From IMG/VR virus record IMGVR_UViG_3300006147_000007: a DNA stretch of 64,000 bases. One strand, written 5' to 3'. The notes under the pieces are model-generated. The model did no database searches, was not told where the DNA came from, and saw only the letters and a program-made list of their open reading frames with translations. The position numbers and the translations under genes are program-made. The number at the start of each line of letters is the position of its first letter. Positions within the stretch are counted from its first letter, which is position 1. This stretch comes from a virus (Duplodnaviria > Heunggongvirae > Uroviricota > Caudoviricetes). Below, piece after piece: positions 9,629 through 20,100 of this stretch.

Positions 9629-10063
9629 ATGGTAAAAGTAAAAATTAAATATTTTAGTGATGACGCAGAAAAGATATGTTATATCGAAGGAAAGTCCGAC
9701 TGGATTGATTTACGTGCTTCAGAAGAGGTAACATTAAAGAAAGGGGAATTTAAGCTGATTCCGCTTGGGGTGGCGATGGAGCTTCCCAAAGGGTATGAGG
9801 CTCATATTGTGCCAAGGAGCAGTACATTTAAGAATTTTGGGATTATCCAGACAAACCATTGTGGCATTATTGACAATTCGTATTGTGGAGATAATGACCA
9901 ATGGTATTTTCCTGCGTTAGCAATGAGAGATACAGTAATACATAAAGGTGATAGGATTTGCCAGTTTAGGATTTTTAGAAATCAACCAGAGATTAATTTT
10001 TGTGAGGAGAAACATTTAAGCGGAAAGGACAGAGGCGGCTTTGGAAGTACAGGGAAAAAATAA
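9629..10063 (+). CDS. dut: dUTP diphosphatase (trimeric dUTPase)
   Basis: Motifs [18 protein letters not shown] (GxIDxDYRG-type) and C-terminal RGGFGSTG. Start taken at the ATG after AGGAGTGA rather than the upstream TTG. Confidence 0.8.
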   Translation: MVKVKIKYFSDDAEKICYIEGKSDWIDLRASEEVTLKKGEFKLIPLGVAMELPKGYEAHIVPRSSTFKNFGIIQTNHCGIIDNSYCGDNDQWYFPALAMRDTVIHKGDRICQFRIFRNQPEINFCEEKHLSGKDRGGFGSTGKK

Positions 10064-10118
10064 TGTTGATAAAATAGAAAAAATAGTATATAATAGTAAT
10101 GATATTAGTAATAAGGAT

Positions 10119-10286
10119 ATGCTTATTATGAATAATCATAATGGGAAAAAGAAAAAAACTATAAAAGTTACATCAAGTTATTTGGTTGATAATCCAACAC
10201 AACAAGATGTTCAGACATTACAAAAAGAAGTACAAAACATTTTGCTTTCAAATATTCATCAAAATACTACAATTCAATCAAAGTAA
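10119..10286 (+). CDS. hypothetical small basic protein
   Basis: First ATG (after AAGGAT) of an ORF that overlaps the dut 3' end; MLIMNNHNGKKKKTIK... Confidence 0.25.
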   Translation: MLIMNNHNGKKKKTIKVTSSYLVDNPTQQDVQTLQKEVQNILLSNIHQNTTIQSK

Positions 10287-10297
10287 TACATATATGA

Positions 10298-10337
10298 TAT
10301 AGGAGGGTTATAACCCTCCTATATGTGGTTTTATGAG
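10298..10337 (+). terminator. rho-independent terminator closing the plus-strand nucleotide-metabolism block
   Basis: 10-bp stem TATAGGAGGG/CCCTCCTATA with loop TTATAA, followed by GTGGTTTTAT. Confidence 0.5.
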
Positions 10338-10375
10338 TCAATTAACATAATAAAAATTGAAAGGATGATATTTTT

Positions 10376-12019
10376 ATGAATAATGATTATAAGTTAGTAC
10401 GTATGTTACTACGAGTTAGTTCTAACCAACAATTAGAAGCGGATGGCGATTTATCTGTACAACGTCAATTAGTAAAAGAATATATTGAATCACATGAAAA
10501 TTGGAAATTAGATAACAAGGAATATTTCGAGGGCAGTAAAAGTGGGTATAAGAATACTGTTGTTGAGCGAGATGTGTTACAACAGGCATTACAAGACGCA
10601 ATAAATCAAGAATACGATATTCTTGTTGTTTATAAAGATGATAGAATAGGGCGTAGGATGTGGGAGATTGGTGCTTATGTAATGCAACTAAAAAGTTATA
10701 ATGTTGACATTTATACAGTTAAGGATGGATGTATTTCACCAGAAACAGATGATATTATGGGGCAAATGATGTTAGCCTTAAGATATGGTAATGCACAAAA
10801 GAGTAGTTCTGATACTGGAATGAGAGTAAAAGATACTGCACAAAAGTTAGTCCAAAAGGGTAAATTTATGGGTGGTAAAGCTCCATATGGATATGAATTG
10901 GTTTTTTCAGGCGAAATTAGCAAACATGGACGAGCATTGAAAAAATTGCAAATAGTTGATGAAAAGGCAGATGTAGTAAAATATATTTATAATTTATCGT
11001 TAACAAAAGAATATGGATCATATAAAATTGCAGAAGTATTAAATTCAAATGACGATTATATAAAACTGGCACCAAATGATTTTTGGAAATCAGGTACGAT
11101 TACTAGTATATTAACCAATCCTGTTTACGCTGGCTATGTTGCTTATAAACGCAGAGAGCGTATTAATGGCAAATATTTAAGGCTTAGTGATGATGAATGG
11201 ATTAAGTCTGAAAACCGTAATGAAAACATTGCTATTATTGATGAAGATATATGGAATGAAGTACAACGTAAACGGAAATTGCGCAGTAAAGAGTATCAAA
11301 AAAGTTTTGAAGAAAATGAATACAATTTGATTAAAAAAAATGATGGGTTTCTTCCATTTATAGATGTTGCTTATTGTGGATATTGTGGTACAAAATTAAC
11401 AAATAATTCACAGTACAATTATTGGACAATAAAAGGGACAGGTGAAAAACGCGCAAGTAGAATTGGAGTCTACAGATGTCAAATGGCTCAACAAGGTATC
11501 CCTCATGATAAAACATGCAGATTTAGGGCTGATAAAATAGAAAATATTATTTTTGAAGATATATGTAAATACTTAGACTCTTTATTAGATAATATTGATT
11601 TATCCCAAAACGTAAAGAATATTAAAGATAATGAATGTCAGAAATTAAAGAAGAATTTAGATAAGAATAAAAGAGAGTTGGTTAAAATAAAAAATGGAAT
11701 TGATATAATGGAAGAACATATGCCTGAAGCTATGATGGGTAATTATATATTATCTATAGAAGAATTAGCTCATGCCATTAAAAAACATAAAGCAAACTTA
11801 GAAGACACTGAGAAAAAGATAAAAAATATTCAAGAACAAATAGATGATATCAATAATTCCAACAAAGAAATGGATGATATAAAAAATAATATACCAAAGT
11901 GGAAAGAAATATTTATGGGAACTGATAAACATACACAACGTGTTATAGTTAACAAAATAATAGATAAAGTTATTATGAAAAAAGATGAAATTCATATTAT
12001 ATATAAAATTAAAATATGA
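10376..12019 (+). CDS. large serine recombinase (phage integrase type)
   Basis: N-terminal resolvase catalytic domain (LLRVSSNQQLE...), an internal recombinase domain, and a Zn ribbon (CGYCGTKL...CQMAQ...C) followed by a coiled-coil. 547 aa. Confidence 0.8.
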   Translation: MNNDYKLVRMLLRVSSNQQLEADGDLSVQRQLVKEYIESHENWKLDNKEYFEGSKSGYKNTVVERDVLQQALQDAINQEYDILVVYKDDRIGRRMWEIGAYVMQLKSYNVDIYTVKDGCISPETDDIMGQMMLALRYGNAQKSSSDTGMRVKDTAQKLVQKGKFMGGKAPYGYELVFSGEISKHGRALKKLQIVDEKADVVKYIYNLSLTKEYGSYKIAEVLNSNDDYIKLAPNDFWKSGTITSILTNPVYAGYVAYKRRERINGKYLRLSDDEWIKSENRNENIAIIDEDIWNEVQRKRKLRSKEYQKSFEENEYNLIKKNDGFLPFIDVAYCGYCGTKLTNNSQYNYWTIKGTGEKRASRIGVYRCQMAQQGIPHDKTCRFRADKIENIIFEDICKYLDSLLDNIDLSQNVKNIKDNECQKLKKNLDKNKRELVKIKNGIDIMEEHMPEAMMGNYILSIEELAHAIKKHKANLEDTEKKIKNIQEQIDDINNSNKEMDDIKNNIPKWKEIFMGTDKHTQRVIVNKIIDKVIMKKDEIHIIYKIKI

Positions 12020-12105
12020 TATCATATACGAACCAACCACGAATTTATGTACACTATATTACCATTCGGTGTACATAAATTCGTGGTTGGTTCATATATG
12101 ATACT
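12018..12105. repeat. near-perfect 36-bp inverted repeat with a 14-nt spacer, immediately 3' of the serine recombinase stop codon (candidate attP or recombination site, or an unusually long terminator)
   Basis: Left arm ATATCATATACGAACCAACCACGAATTTATGTACAC and right arm GTGTACATAAATTCGTGGTTGGTTCATATATGATAC are reverse complements with a single C/T mismatch. Confidence 0.6.
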
Positions 12106-12122
12106 AATCAAATAATTACATC

Positions 12123-12176
12123 GTAAAAAATAGGGCAGAAGAGAAGATACAAAAAGTATCCATCTCAACTGCCCTA
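12123..12176 (-). terminator. rho-independent terminator for the minus-strand tail-gene block
   Basis: 8-bp stem TAGGGCAG/CTGCCCTA with an inner GATAC/GTATC stem, followed on the minus strand by TTTTTTACG. Confidence 0.45.
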
Positions 12177-12179
12177 AAA

Positions 12180-12953
12180 TTATTCTACTTTAAAAAGATA
12201 GTTCCTGTCATTATAATATATTTCGTTTCCTATTTTATAATATTTCCCAGGTGATAACACCGCACTATTTCCACGTAGCATTGAATAGATTAAGTATGTA
12301 CCATTATATGCAAGTTGTGGTTCACAAACTAATTTACTTACAGTATTTAATCCACTTTCTGTATAATAGGTGGAAAAACTTATGTTTTTTAATACATTAT
12401 AATTATGATTTTTGTTTCTTATGTATTTTGCACCGCTGCTAGAACTATCAATTTCGTAACCAGAAAAATAATATGCTTCTTCATTAGTGATTAGATTTTT
12501 AGCTTTAGCTATTGTAATAATCTTTTTCTCAGAAGTTGTACTTTTATATGCACCACATGTAATATTTATAAAGTTGTTACTTCCTCGTACAACTATATTA
12601 TAATCATAATCTTTCTTACTCGTTTCTGCCATCCATACACTATTTGTGGATAATGAAATAGTTGAATTCATTGTTTCTGTATAAATATTTACTATATAAT
12701 AATAACCACTTTTGATAATTACTACATAAAATTTAAATCCCAATACAGTAATAGAATAGTCATCCTCATTCTTAGTAGCATCAGAATATCCGGCATCAAT
12801 TATTGTTTCATAAACGGAATTTAAAAATTCTTCACTTAATTCTTTGATTATCGTCACATTAGTAGTAGAAGTTTCAGATGTCAGTCCTACTATTGTTAAA
12901 GTTTCAGAAGTCAAACTATCATAACTACCTGAGTAAGCATTTCTTACAACCAT
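12180..12953 (-). CDS. hypothetical tail-associated protein (last gene of the tail-fibre cluster)
   Basis: 257-aa ORF, Ser/Thr/Tyr-rich; placed by position only. Confidence 0.4.
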   Translation of the reverse strand: MVVRNAYSGSYDSLTSETLTIVGLTSETSTTNVTIIKELSEEFLNSVYETIIDAGYSDATKNEDDYSITVLGFKFYVVIIKSGYYYIVNIYTETMNSTISLSTNSVWMAETSKKDYDYNIVVRGSNNFINITCGAYKSTTSEKKIITIAKAKNLITNEEAYYFSGYEIDSSSSGAKYIRNKNHNYNVLKNISFSTYYTESGLNTVSKLVCEPQLAYNGTYLIYSMLRGNSAVLSPGKYYKIGNEIYYNDRNYLFKVE

Positions 12954-12965
12954 TCAAAATCCTCC

Positions 12966-13220
12966 TTAAAATTGATATTGGGCACTAACATCTTCAACAG
13001 GTTTTGCGATTAAATCATTTCCGGTATACGCAATAAATTTTTCTACTGGATAAAAATCTTTAATACTGTTACCGTTACTGTTTTTTATCTGCCTGATTTT
13101 TTCGCCGTATAATCCCAACTCAACAGTATCATCACACTCTATATGATTTTCGGTAATGGCAAGCTGGATATCGTCTACGGCGTTGCTCATATACTGTAAT
13201 TTTTCTGCGATACTTCCCAT
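12966..13220 (-). CDS. hypothetical small protein (XkdW-like by size and position)
   Basis: Start set at the ATG (MGSIAEK...) preceded by GAAAGAAGGTG; this removes the 47-nt overlap of the longer ORF-track call. Confidence 0.35.
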   Translation of the reverse strand: MGSIAEKLQYMSNAVDDIQLAITENHIECDDTVELGLYGEKIRQIKNSNGNSIKDFYPVEKFIAYTGNDLIAKPVEDVSAQYQF

Positions 13221-13221
13221 A

Positions 13222-13785
13222 TCACACCTTCTTTCTGTTAATTGCATCCAATACTTCTGGTATGTCACCTATTACATCTGTAAAGTGGTCATAAACTGTC
13301 TTTACTACTTTCGCTGTGGCTCCTTCTGTAATAGAAGAGGATTTATAGGAATCCAACAGATATTGTTTTGTGAGTAATATAAAATCAGTGCCGTTGAATC
13401 CAAGTACAACGGCACCGCCACAGATGATATCATGATATGCTAAATGATTCCCATATTTATCAACGATAGAAAAAGTAGTGGAAGAGGAATTTATAACAAC
13501 TTGTCCGGTATAATTGTCCGTTAAAGAACTGGATGTATCGGATTTGAGAATTAGAAGAGTATGTGTATTTATTTTTTCAGCATCCAATCCGTCTACTGTA
13601 AAAGTGATTGTATTGTCATTTGTTAATGATATTGTTCCGTAATAGGTAGATGAGCTGCCTCCTCCAGAAGAAACCAAATCATCAACATACTTTTTATTTA
13701 CCGCATCCCATTCATCTGTGGGAGTGAAAAGTAATTTCAGTTTTGATAATATTTTCAATTTATCACCTCCAAATAAAAAAGCCAT
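13222..13785 (-). CDS. putative tail-fibre protein (XkdV-like N-terminal motif)
   Basis: LLFTPTDEWDAVNKKYVDD matches the TPT..DAVNK.YVD motif common to Gram-positive phage tail fibres. Confidence 0.4.
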   Translation of the reverse strand: MAFLFGGDKLKILSKLKLLFTPTDEWDAVNKKYVDDLVSSGGGSSSTYYGTISLTNDNTITFTVDGLDAEKINTHTLLILKSDTSSSLTDNYTGQVVINSSSTTFSIVDKYGNHLAYHDIICGGAVVLGFNGTDFILLTKQYLLDSYKSSSITEGATAKVVKTVYDHFTDVIGDIPEVLDAINRKKV

Positions 13786-13789
13786 TCGG

Positions 13790-15379
13790 TTATTTCAATA
13801 TCACTTTCGCAACGCTATCTGAAATAATCTGAATCACCCTGTATGAATTTTTTGTATCTTCATCACATGCTGTGGCAATACCTTCTGAATTACAGCAACA
13901 GTATCCATTAATTTTAAGGCTTCCATCCTGCCAGACAGAAAGTACTCCAAGCATTCCAACAGGCGACCATTCTGGACGTTCAAAACGAGATACATATGTT
14001 TGTGAAGAATCATAATCAGGATTTAACTTAGGACGCATTTCATATACTATATCACCATTCTCATCAACAACTTCTTGCTCAACAACTTCTCTATTTTCAT
14101 TCTCCTGCAATTCAGTTTTAGGAACTTCTTCGTATATTGTACGGTTGAAATCATCTTTAAGGTACATTCCGTTCCATGTATCACAGTCTCCATTTCCTAA
14201 TACAAATGGTTCACCAGACACAATGCCTAAAATATAATTTTCATTTGACGTTGCAATGGATATCTTATCCCCGTTTATTGTTACAAATTTACCAACCCTG
14301 TCTTCTTTGTCAGGGTTTCTGTCTTCCCATTCAAAAAATTCTGCATAGTCTGCTGTTGTAGATGATGTAATGGTTGATTGTGCTTTTACCACTCCATCGT
14401 AATCAACGGAAAATGCATTATGTCTTATAAGAATAGCATTACTAGAATTGTATGAGCCGTTTCCTATGGAGAACAAAACATCTTTCTCTACATTGCAAGT
14501 ACCACAAGCAAAATTATTCTCTCCTTTTGCTATTGCTCTATATCCAGAAGCATGAGAACCTGTACCTATGGCTTTTGTGTATCGACCTTCCGCATGAGAA
14601 CCTGTACCTCTGGCGTCTGTGTAAATACCTTCCGCATGAGAAAAATCTCCTAATGCTTCTGTGAAATCACCTTCCGCATGAGCTGCTTCTGCATTAGCTT
14701 TTGTGCATAGACCTTCCGCATGGGAATAATTACCACTAGCTTCAACATTACGACCAAAGGCAAAACTTTTTTCCCCAATAGCAGTACCCTCTTTTCTTCC
14801 AAAACTGACAGAATCATCACCATAAATGCTCTTTATGGCGTATGTATCACTAATCTTATTGCCATGACTATCTTTTGTAGCTTTTACAGCACTTGCTACA
14901 CTCTTTTCGCTATCCGCAGTATTATCAACATTGTCCAGTCCGATATCTTTTGGGGAAATTGTAACATTTCCGGTTCTAAATTCACTTTCAGCAGAGCCTT
15001 TTATTCCGCTTACACCACTGGCAACAGGGGAAGTGGAAGAGCTGTCATCATTATTGTCACTGTTATCACCGCCCGTTGTGCCATTATTTGTACCATTTAT
15101 GCCATATATTGTTACACTGTAATTGTCTGCTGCCGAAGGAGCAATGGAAAATATAATATTGACAGTATTATTATCTACAATATTGTAATCTGTAAAAATC
15201 AACCCATCTTCATCATTCATCTCAAACAGAATATCTTCTGTATCCAAATTATGTTTAATGGTAAAAACAGTTTTTACTCCGTCACCTGTTATAGTTGTGG
15301 CATATTTCTTTAAGGATTGCCCATTTGAACCGCCATCTACACGGACAATCTCACTTTGTTTTGTCTTATATAAAATCAT
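13790..15379 (-). CDS. tail fibre or adhesin with YadA-head-like (S)HAEG repeats
   Basis: Repeats NYSHAEGLCTKA / AHAEGDFTEA / FSHAEGIYTDA / GSHAEGRYTKA / GSHASGYRAIA. N-terminal conserved phage-fibre region. Confidence 0.5.
   Translation of the reverse strand: MILYKTKQSEIVRVDGGSNGQSLKKYATTITGDGVKTVFTIKHNLDTEDILFEMNDEDGLIFTDYNIVDNNTVNIIFSIAPSAADNYSVTIYGINGTNNGTTGGDNSDNNDDSSSTSPVASGVSGIKGSAESEFRTGNVTISPKDIGLDNVDNTADSEKSVASAVKATKDSHGNKISDTYAIKSIYGDDSVSFGRKEGTAIGEKSFAFGRNVEASGNYSHAEGLCTKANAEAAHAEGDFTEALGDFSHAEGIYTDARGTGSHAEGRYTKAIGTGSHASGYRAIAKGENNFACGTCNVEKDVLFSIGNGSYNSSNAILIRHNAFSVDYDGVVKAQSTITSSTTADYAEFFEWEDRNPDKEDRVGKFVTINGDKISIATSNENYILGIVSGEPFVLGNGDCDTWNGMYLKDDFNRTIYEEVPKTELQENENREVVEQEVVDENGDIVYEMRPKLNPDYDSSQTYVSRFERPEWSPVGMLGVLSVWQDGSLKINGYCCCNSEGIATACDEDTKNSYRVIQIISDSVAKVILK
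14540..14735. repeat. degenerate tandem repeats of about 39 nt inside the fibre gene (encode the xGxxSHAEGxxT units)
   Basis: CCTTCCGCATGAG/G recurs about five times at roughly 39-42-nt spacing on the plus strand. Confidence 0.5.
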
Positions 15380-15468
15380 ATATTTTCACCTGCCTTAAAT
15401 TATTAGCGTAAGATTTTGCTATTTATATTTATTTGGTAACAAATACAAAGTATACGGTATTCTTTTAT

Positions 15469-17133
15469 TTATGCTTCAATGCAGACGAGTGTATAACCAC
15501 TGATAGTTGACAATTGTTGATATATATCATATATATCTGTCCATGTTATACCATCATTAGATTTTAATATAAAGCGTCTACTTCTTGCTATTATTGTATT
15601 ATTATGTTTGACTGCTGTATTTATATAATGGTCAGAATCAAGAGGGGTTATATGGTAATCACTACCATCTTCTTTACAAGATAATACATAATCATAATTG
15701 ATAAAGACTAATCTATTATTTACAAATATTATTGAAAAAAATGAGGGGGCAACCATAAAATATGCACTAGTAGAAATGTCCAATATTTTAGTCCAAGATA
15801 TTGCATTACTTGATTTATAAAGTATGAATGTTTTAATATCCTCTTTCCTAAAATTAGTTGCATAGCCAGCTAAAAAGAAGTTTCCGTTTACATAAAATGC
15901 CCTATATTGATGATTTGTATCTAATCCTGAAATTGCTGTCCAGTTTTTCCCATTTGTTGAATAATAACTATGCCCATGATTGCCAGCAGCAAGATATAAA
16001 TTCTTTGTATTGTTGTATACGAAATTTATAATATTATATTCTGCGTCAATTACTGGTTCTGTAAAATCCCCTGGATATGCTTCTCTCTCCCTAGTTGATA
16101 CTGGAATATCTGTTACATTCCAGTTTATACCGCCATCAATGGAATAAAAAGAATTATTATATGTACCTCCAATTAATAATATGTTTGTATTACCATATAT
16201 GCATCCACAATTTTCTGGAATAGTACAATGAACATCCCATTGTTTTAGTGTATTACTCTTATAAATTTTTTTTTCATCTCTAACCAGCGCAAAATAGTTA
16301 TCTTCTATTTTCTGTAGGCTATTACATGCATTAAATGGAACAATTGGAAAAGGTTCGGCAAGCCTTTTCCAATTATATCCTCCGTCTATAGAGTAATGTG
16401 AATATCCACGTCCTCCAACAAGAACCAATGTGCCGATTTCAAATGCTGTATTACTATTATCAGGACTGTCGCTACCAGAACTATCCATATCCACTTCTTT
16501 AATACAAATTAGTGTTTCATCCTCGATCTTCCCCGCATCTAGTTCCTTCTTAAAATCTTCATATGTGTCAAAATAAAGAATCTTCCCATTCCCAATTTCC
16601 CCACTGTCAAGCAGTCCCTTTATCTGTTCATAGTAATACTTTGAGTTATCCTCTGCATCACCTTCACGCACTTCATTATCTGTGCCGACAGCATATGATT
16701 TTGAAAGCAAAGCCCATTTTTCAGCTTCTTCAACTAATCCGGATACGGTTTTAATGTCATCTGCCGTGTTATTTCCTGGGGAATTAATGACTTTAATTAC
16801 AAATGGGAAGGTAGTAAGTTGTGTACTATTTTCTGTAAATATAAGGACAAGTTTCAGAATCCCGTCATACATAAGCATATCTTCTGTAAGAGTAAAGGTA
16901 ACAGTATTTACCGTATGACTGTCCACGTTTTTTTGAATCGTTAAGCCAACCGGATTCTCACCTTTCAGCTTTATGTTATTTGTACTAATGGTATATAATT
17001 TGTTGACATCATACAATGTGGCAGTGATTTCAAATGATTTGTTATCCCCCTGCATAGCGCAGATTAACTCAAAATTATTTGGCTGTCCGACATTTAATGA
17101 TATTTCTTTCTTTACTATTTCCAAAATTTTCAC
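15469..17133 (-). CDS. BNR/Asp-box repeat protein (sialidase-like beta-propeller; putative receptor-binding or depolymerase tail protein)
   Basis: Asp-box motifs YSIDGGYNWKRL, YSIDGGINWNVT, YYSTNGKNWTAI, KSNDGITWTDI, KSSNAISWTKI. Confidence 0.55.
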   Translation of the reverse strand: MKILEIVKKEISLNVGQPNNFELICAMQGDNKSFEITATLYDVNKLYTISTNNIKLKGENPVGLTIQKNVDSHTVNTVTFTLTEDMLMYDGILKLVLIFTENSTQLTTFPFVIKVINSPGNNTADDIKTVSGLVEEAEKWALLSKSYAVGTDNEVREGDAEDNSKYYYEQIKGLLDSGEIGNGKILYFDTYEDFKKELDAGKIEDETLICIKEVDMDSSGSDSPDNSNTAFEIGTLVLVGGRGYSHYSIDGGYNWKRLAEPFPIVPFNACNSLQKIEDNYFALVRDEKKIYKSNTLKQWDVHCTIPENCGCIYGNTNILLIGGTYNNSFYSIDGGINWNVTDIPVSTREREAYPGDFTEPVIDAEYNIINFVYNNTKNLYLAAGNHGHSYYSTNGKNWTAISGLDTNHQYRAFYVNGNFFLAGYATNFRKEDIKTFILYKSSNAISWTKILDISTSAYFMVAPSFFSIIFVNNRLVFINYDYVLSCKEDGSDYHITPLDSDHYINTAVKHNNTIIARSRRFILKSNDGITWTDIYDIYQQLSTISGYTLVCIEA

Positions 17134-17155
17134 CTCACTAAAATAGGGCTGTTAG

Positions 17156-20100
17156 CTATGACAGCCCATGCTTCTGCAATATTTCTTCTAATTTCTCAAA
17201 TTTGCCTGAAAGTTCATTTACTTGCTTTTTTAGGTTCTTAATTTCTGTATCTTTTTCATGTATTGTATTTGTTTGTTCTGTAACCATTTCATACAATGCC
17301 TGAATTGATGCTACTATAGGAGCTTCAAATTCATCATATTTCAAGCCCCATGATAATTTAGAATCGTCAACAGAATCATTAAAATATTCCTCTGCTCCAT
17401 CATCAGTAATAACAGAAGCTCCATATAATGCTAAATCACCCATGTCAAGGTCTTTTGCTGCCTGCGCTACATGTTGTGCCCCAAACCCCATATGAATACG
17501 TTTGGAAGTGCTATTCTTAAAAGTATATTCAATTGGTTTAAGTGTATTGATAAAATTTAATGACTTCTGTTTGTTCATAATACTGATAACATCTTTTTGC
17601 TTAAGATCAGAAGTGGAGTTAATATTTGTTGCATGTATTTCATTCCATGGGAATGTTATTGTGCCTAATGCGCTTTTTTCACATGCCTGCTCAATTCCAT
17701 TCTCATCATGGGTATCTGCACGGAAAACCAGACGTTTATTAGGAACACCACCGCTGCTTGTGGAACCGTATTCACCAAAAACGGAAAAGTAATAGATTTC
17801 ATCATCACCGTTATATACTTTACAATGAAAAGCTTTGTTATCAGAGCCTGTTGAGCTACTTTCGCAATACAGGGCATCTCCTTGTCCGTAATTTGTAACC
17901 CGTAATGCTGGAGATGTATCGCTATGCCCAGTAATAACAACACTATCATCTATAGTATTAACACCCAATAAGTATTCTCTGTCACCTCGTTCTGAGTTCA
18001 TGCCTGCTTCGCTTCGGGCATAAATGCCGCACTGAGAAATATCAGTATATCCCAAGTTGTCAACAAACCCATTACTGTCGTATAAACCAAATGACCACTT
18101 GCCATCATGCATGAAAGAGCAAAAACTTTCATTGATATTAGAAGTTTTCTTATAAGAGGCAATCTGCATATTGTTTGGATCTGATTTTAAATAAATGCAG
18201 GAAGATCCGTTGTTGTTCATTGAATAGATTAAGTCATCTTTAATTTTCCAACCACCAATTTCTGCCTTCTTGATCCGAAGCAATTCATTCTCATCTAAAT
18301 TATAGCTGAGTATTTCATTGTTGCTTTCATCATATACTTCTATAAACTTTTCTTCTAAATTGATGCACATTCCACTCTCACGAGGAGAATAATCTTCTGA
18401 CTGTAATATACTTGTAATAATTCCTGCTGTAATCTTTAATTTTCCGTTTCCGTCAGAATTGAAATCGAATATATTCTTTTCACCATCATTAATAACCATA
18501 GATGGTTTTGCTGGATCAAGCATAATGTGTTTCCCTGTTTCGCTACCAACCAATACATAACCAGAAAATTTCCCCGTACCATCAATAACTAAGCCATCAG
18601 TAGGAGAGTAGTGCATATAAATATGCTTATTTCCATTTACTATCTTTGAAATAGAGAATGATGGAGTTCTTGCATCAATTTCAATAGTATTATCATTACA
18701 GACAATATGAAATCCGTTATCATCAATAGTATAAGTGCCAGATTTATTATAGATTTTCAACAACTCCGACATAATCAGTCTTGCAATTAATACCTCTGCA
18801 TTTAATCCATAAGCCCATTTATATTGTTTTTCGTCATCATCATAATAATAGATTTTCCCAAGTGCTAAACGGGTATGTTTCCAGCTATCAGAAGTGAAAC
18901 ATAGAAGATTATTAATCATGCGAATTTGTTCTCTATCGTATGCATTTTCGATATCATTCCATACACGCCCGGTTATCCCATATCGGTCAATCACAAACTC
19001 CTGATTATCAGCATTCGTAATCATGGTATTGGCAACATCCAGCCCGGCTTCTTTCATGATAGCAAATTCCTGGTTTGTCATGTATCCTTTCTCAGCCTGT
19101 CTTGATACGGAATTAAAGTTTGTTGCAATGGAAGCTGCCTGTTGGAACAGGCTTTTCAAATCTGTCATTGGATTATTGGACTTTGTAACATCAGAAAATT
19201 CCACACTGATATGTGATAAATCAGAATAATCGAATGTAATGGAAATCAGGCGCAGTTTGTAGATATCATTATCGACCTGTATGCGAATCCAGTTGCCAAG
19301 GGTAAAGTCGTCCCACAATGGTTTAAATTCCTGCATGGTTAGGAGGTTGCCGATTGTTGTATTGATGGAATAGCTGATTTCACATGCTCTTTCCAATTCT
19401 TCCGTGGCTCTCTTAATCAATCCTTCTACATTCTTAATTATTTCTTCGTATTTTACTCCATCCCCAATATAATTATCATTTCTATAAGTATCTTCCCTTT
19501 TGAAAGAGCATAACTCAATCCAGAGGTCATCTCTGTAAGAACTATTATTATAATTCTTTAGAAAATTTTCCATATTGCATATTGATTTAATTTCTTTTAT
19601 TCTATTTTCATATGAATCTCTTTCACTGCTAATAGAGTTTATCCTGCTTTCAAGATAAGCCATTCTCTCATCAAGTATTACAATACGGTCGTAATATTTT
19701 TTCAGCAAATCATTATAAATACCGGATTGATTTCCATTAGGATTGATATACTTTAACGTGCCAGCGTTATCAGAAGATATCTGTTCACTGTGCTTTGCAA
19801 TAATCTGACTGCATGATTCGTATGCATCACGGAAAGATTTCAGCCGGTTATAACAATATTTTGTATAATGGATAGGAGATAATTTTTGTGGGTCGTTTTC
19901 TCCATCATAACTTGCAGATACCCGTGGCTCAAAAGAAATAACATCATCTGTCATCTCACTTTTTTCAAGTGACATTTCAAGTTGCTGTTTTAAATACATA
20001 AAATAGTCTGTTGTAAAAACTGAATTATCAGCAGAATTATTATAATAAATACACCATCCATCTTTTACAGAAAGCGAGACAGAAGCAGTGTATTCATCAT

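Noticed and set aside
10041-10118. Upstream TTG-initiated extension of ORF 10041-10286 overlapping the dut 3' end
   Set aside because: It has no RBS, whereas the first in-frame ATG at 10119 has AAGGAT upstream. Even the shortened ORF is low confidence.
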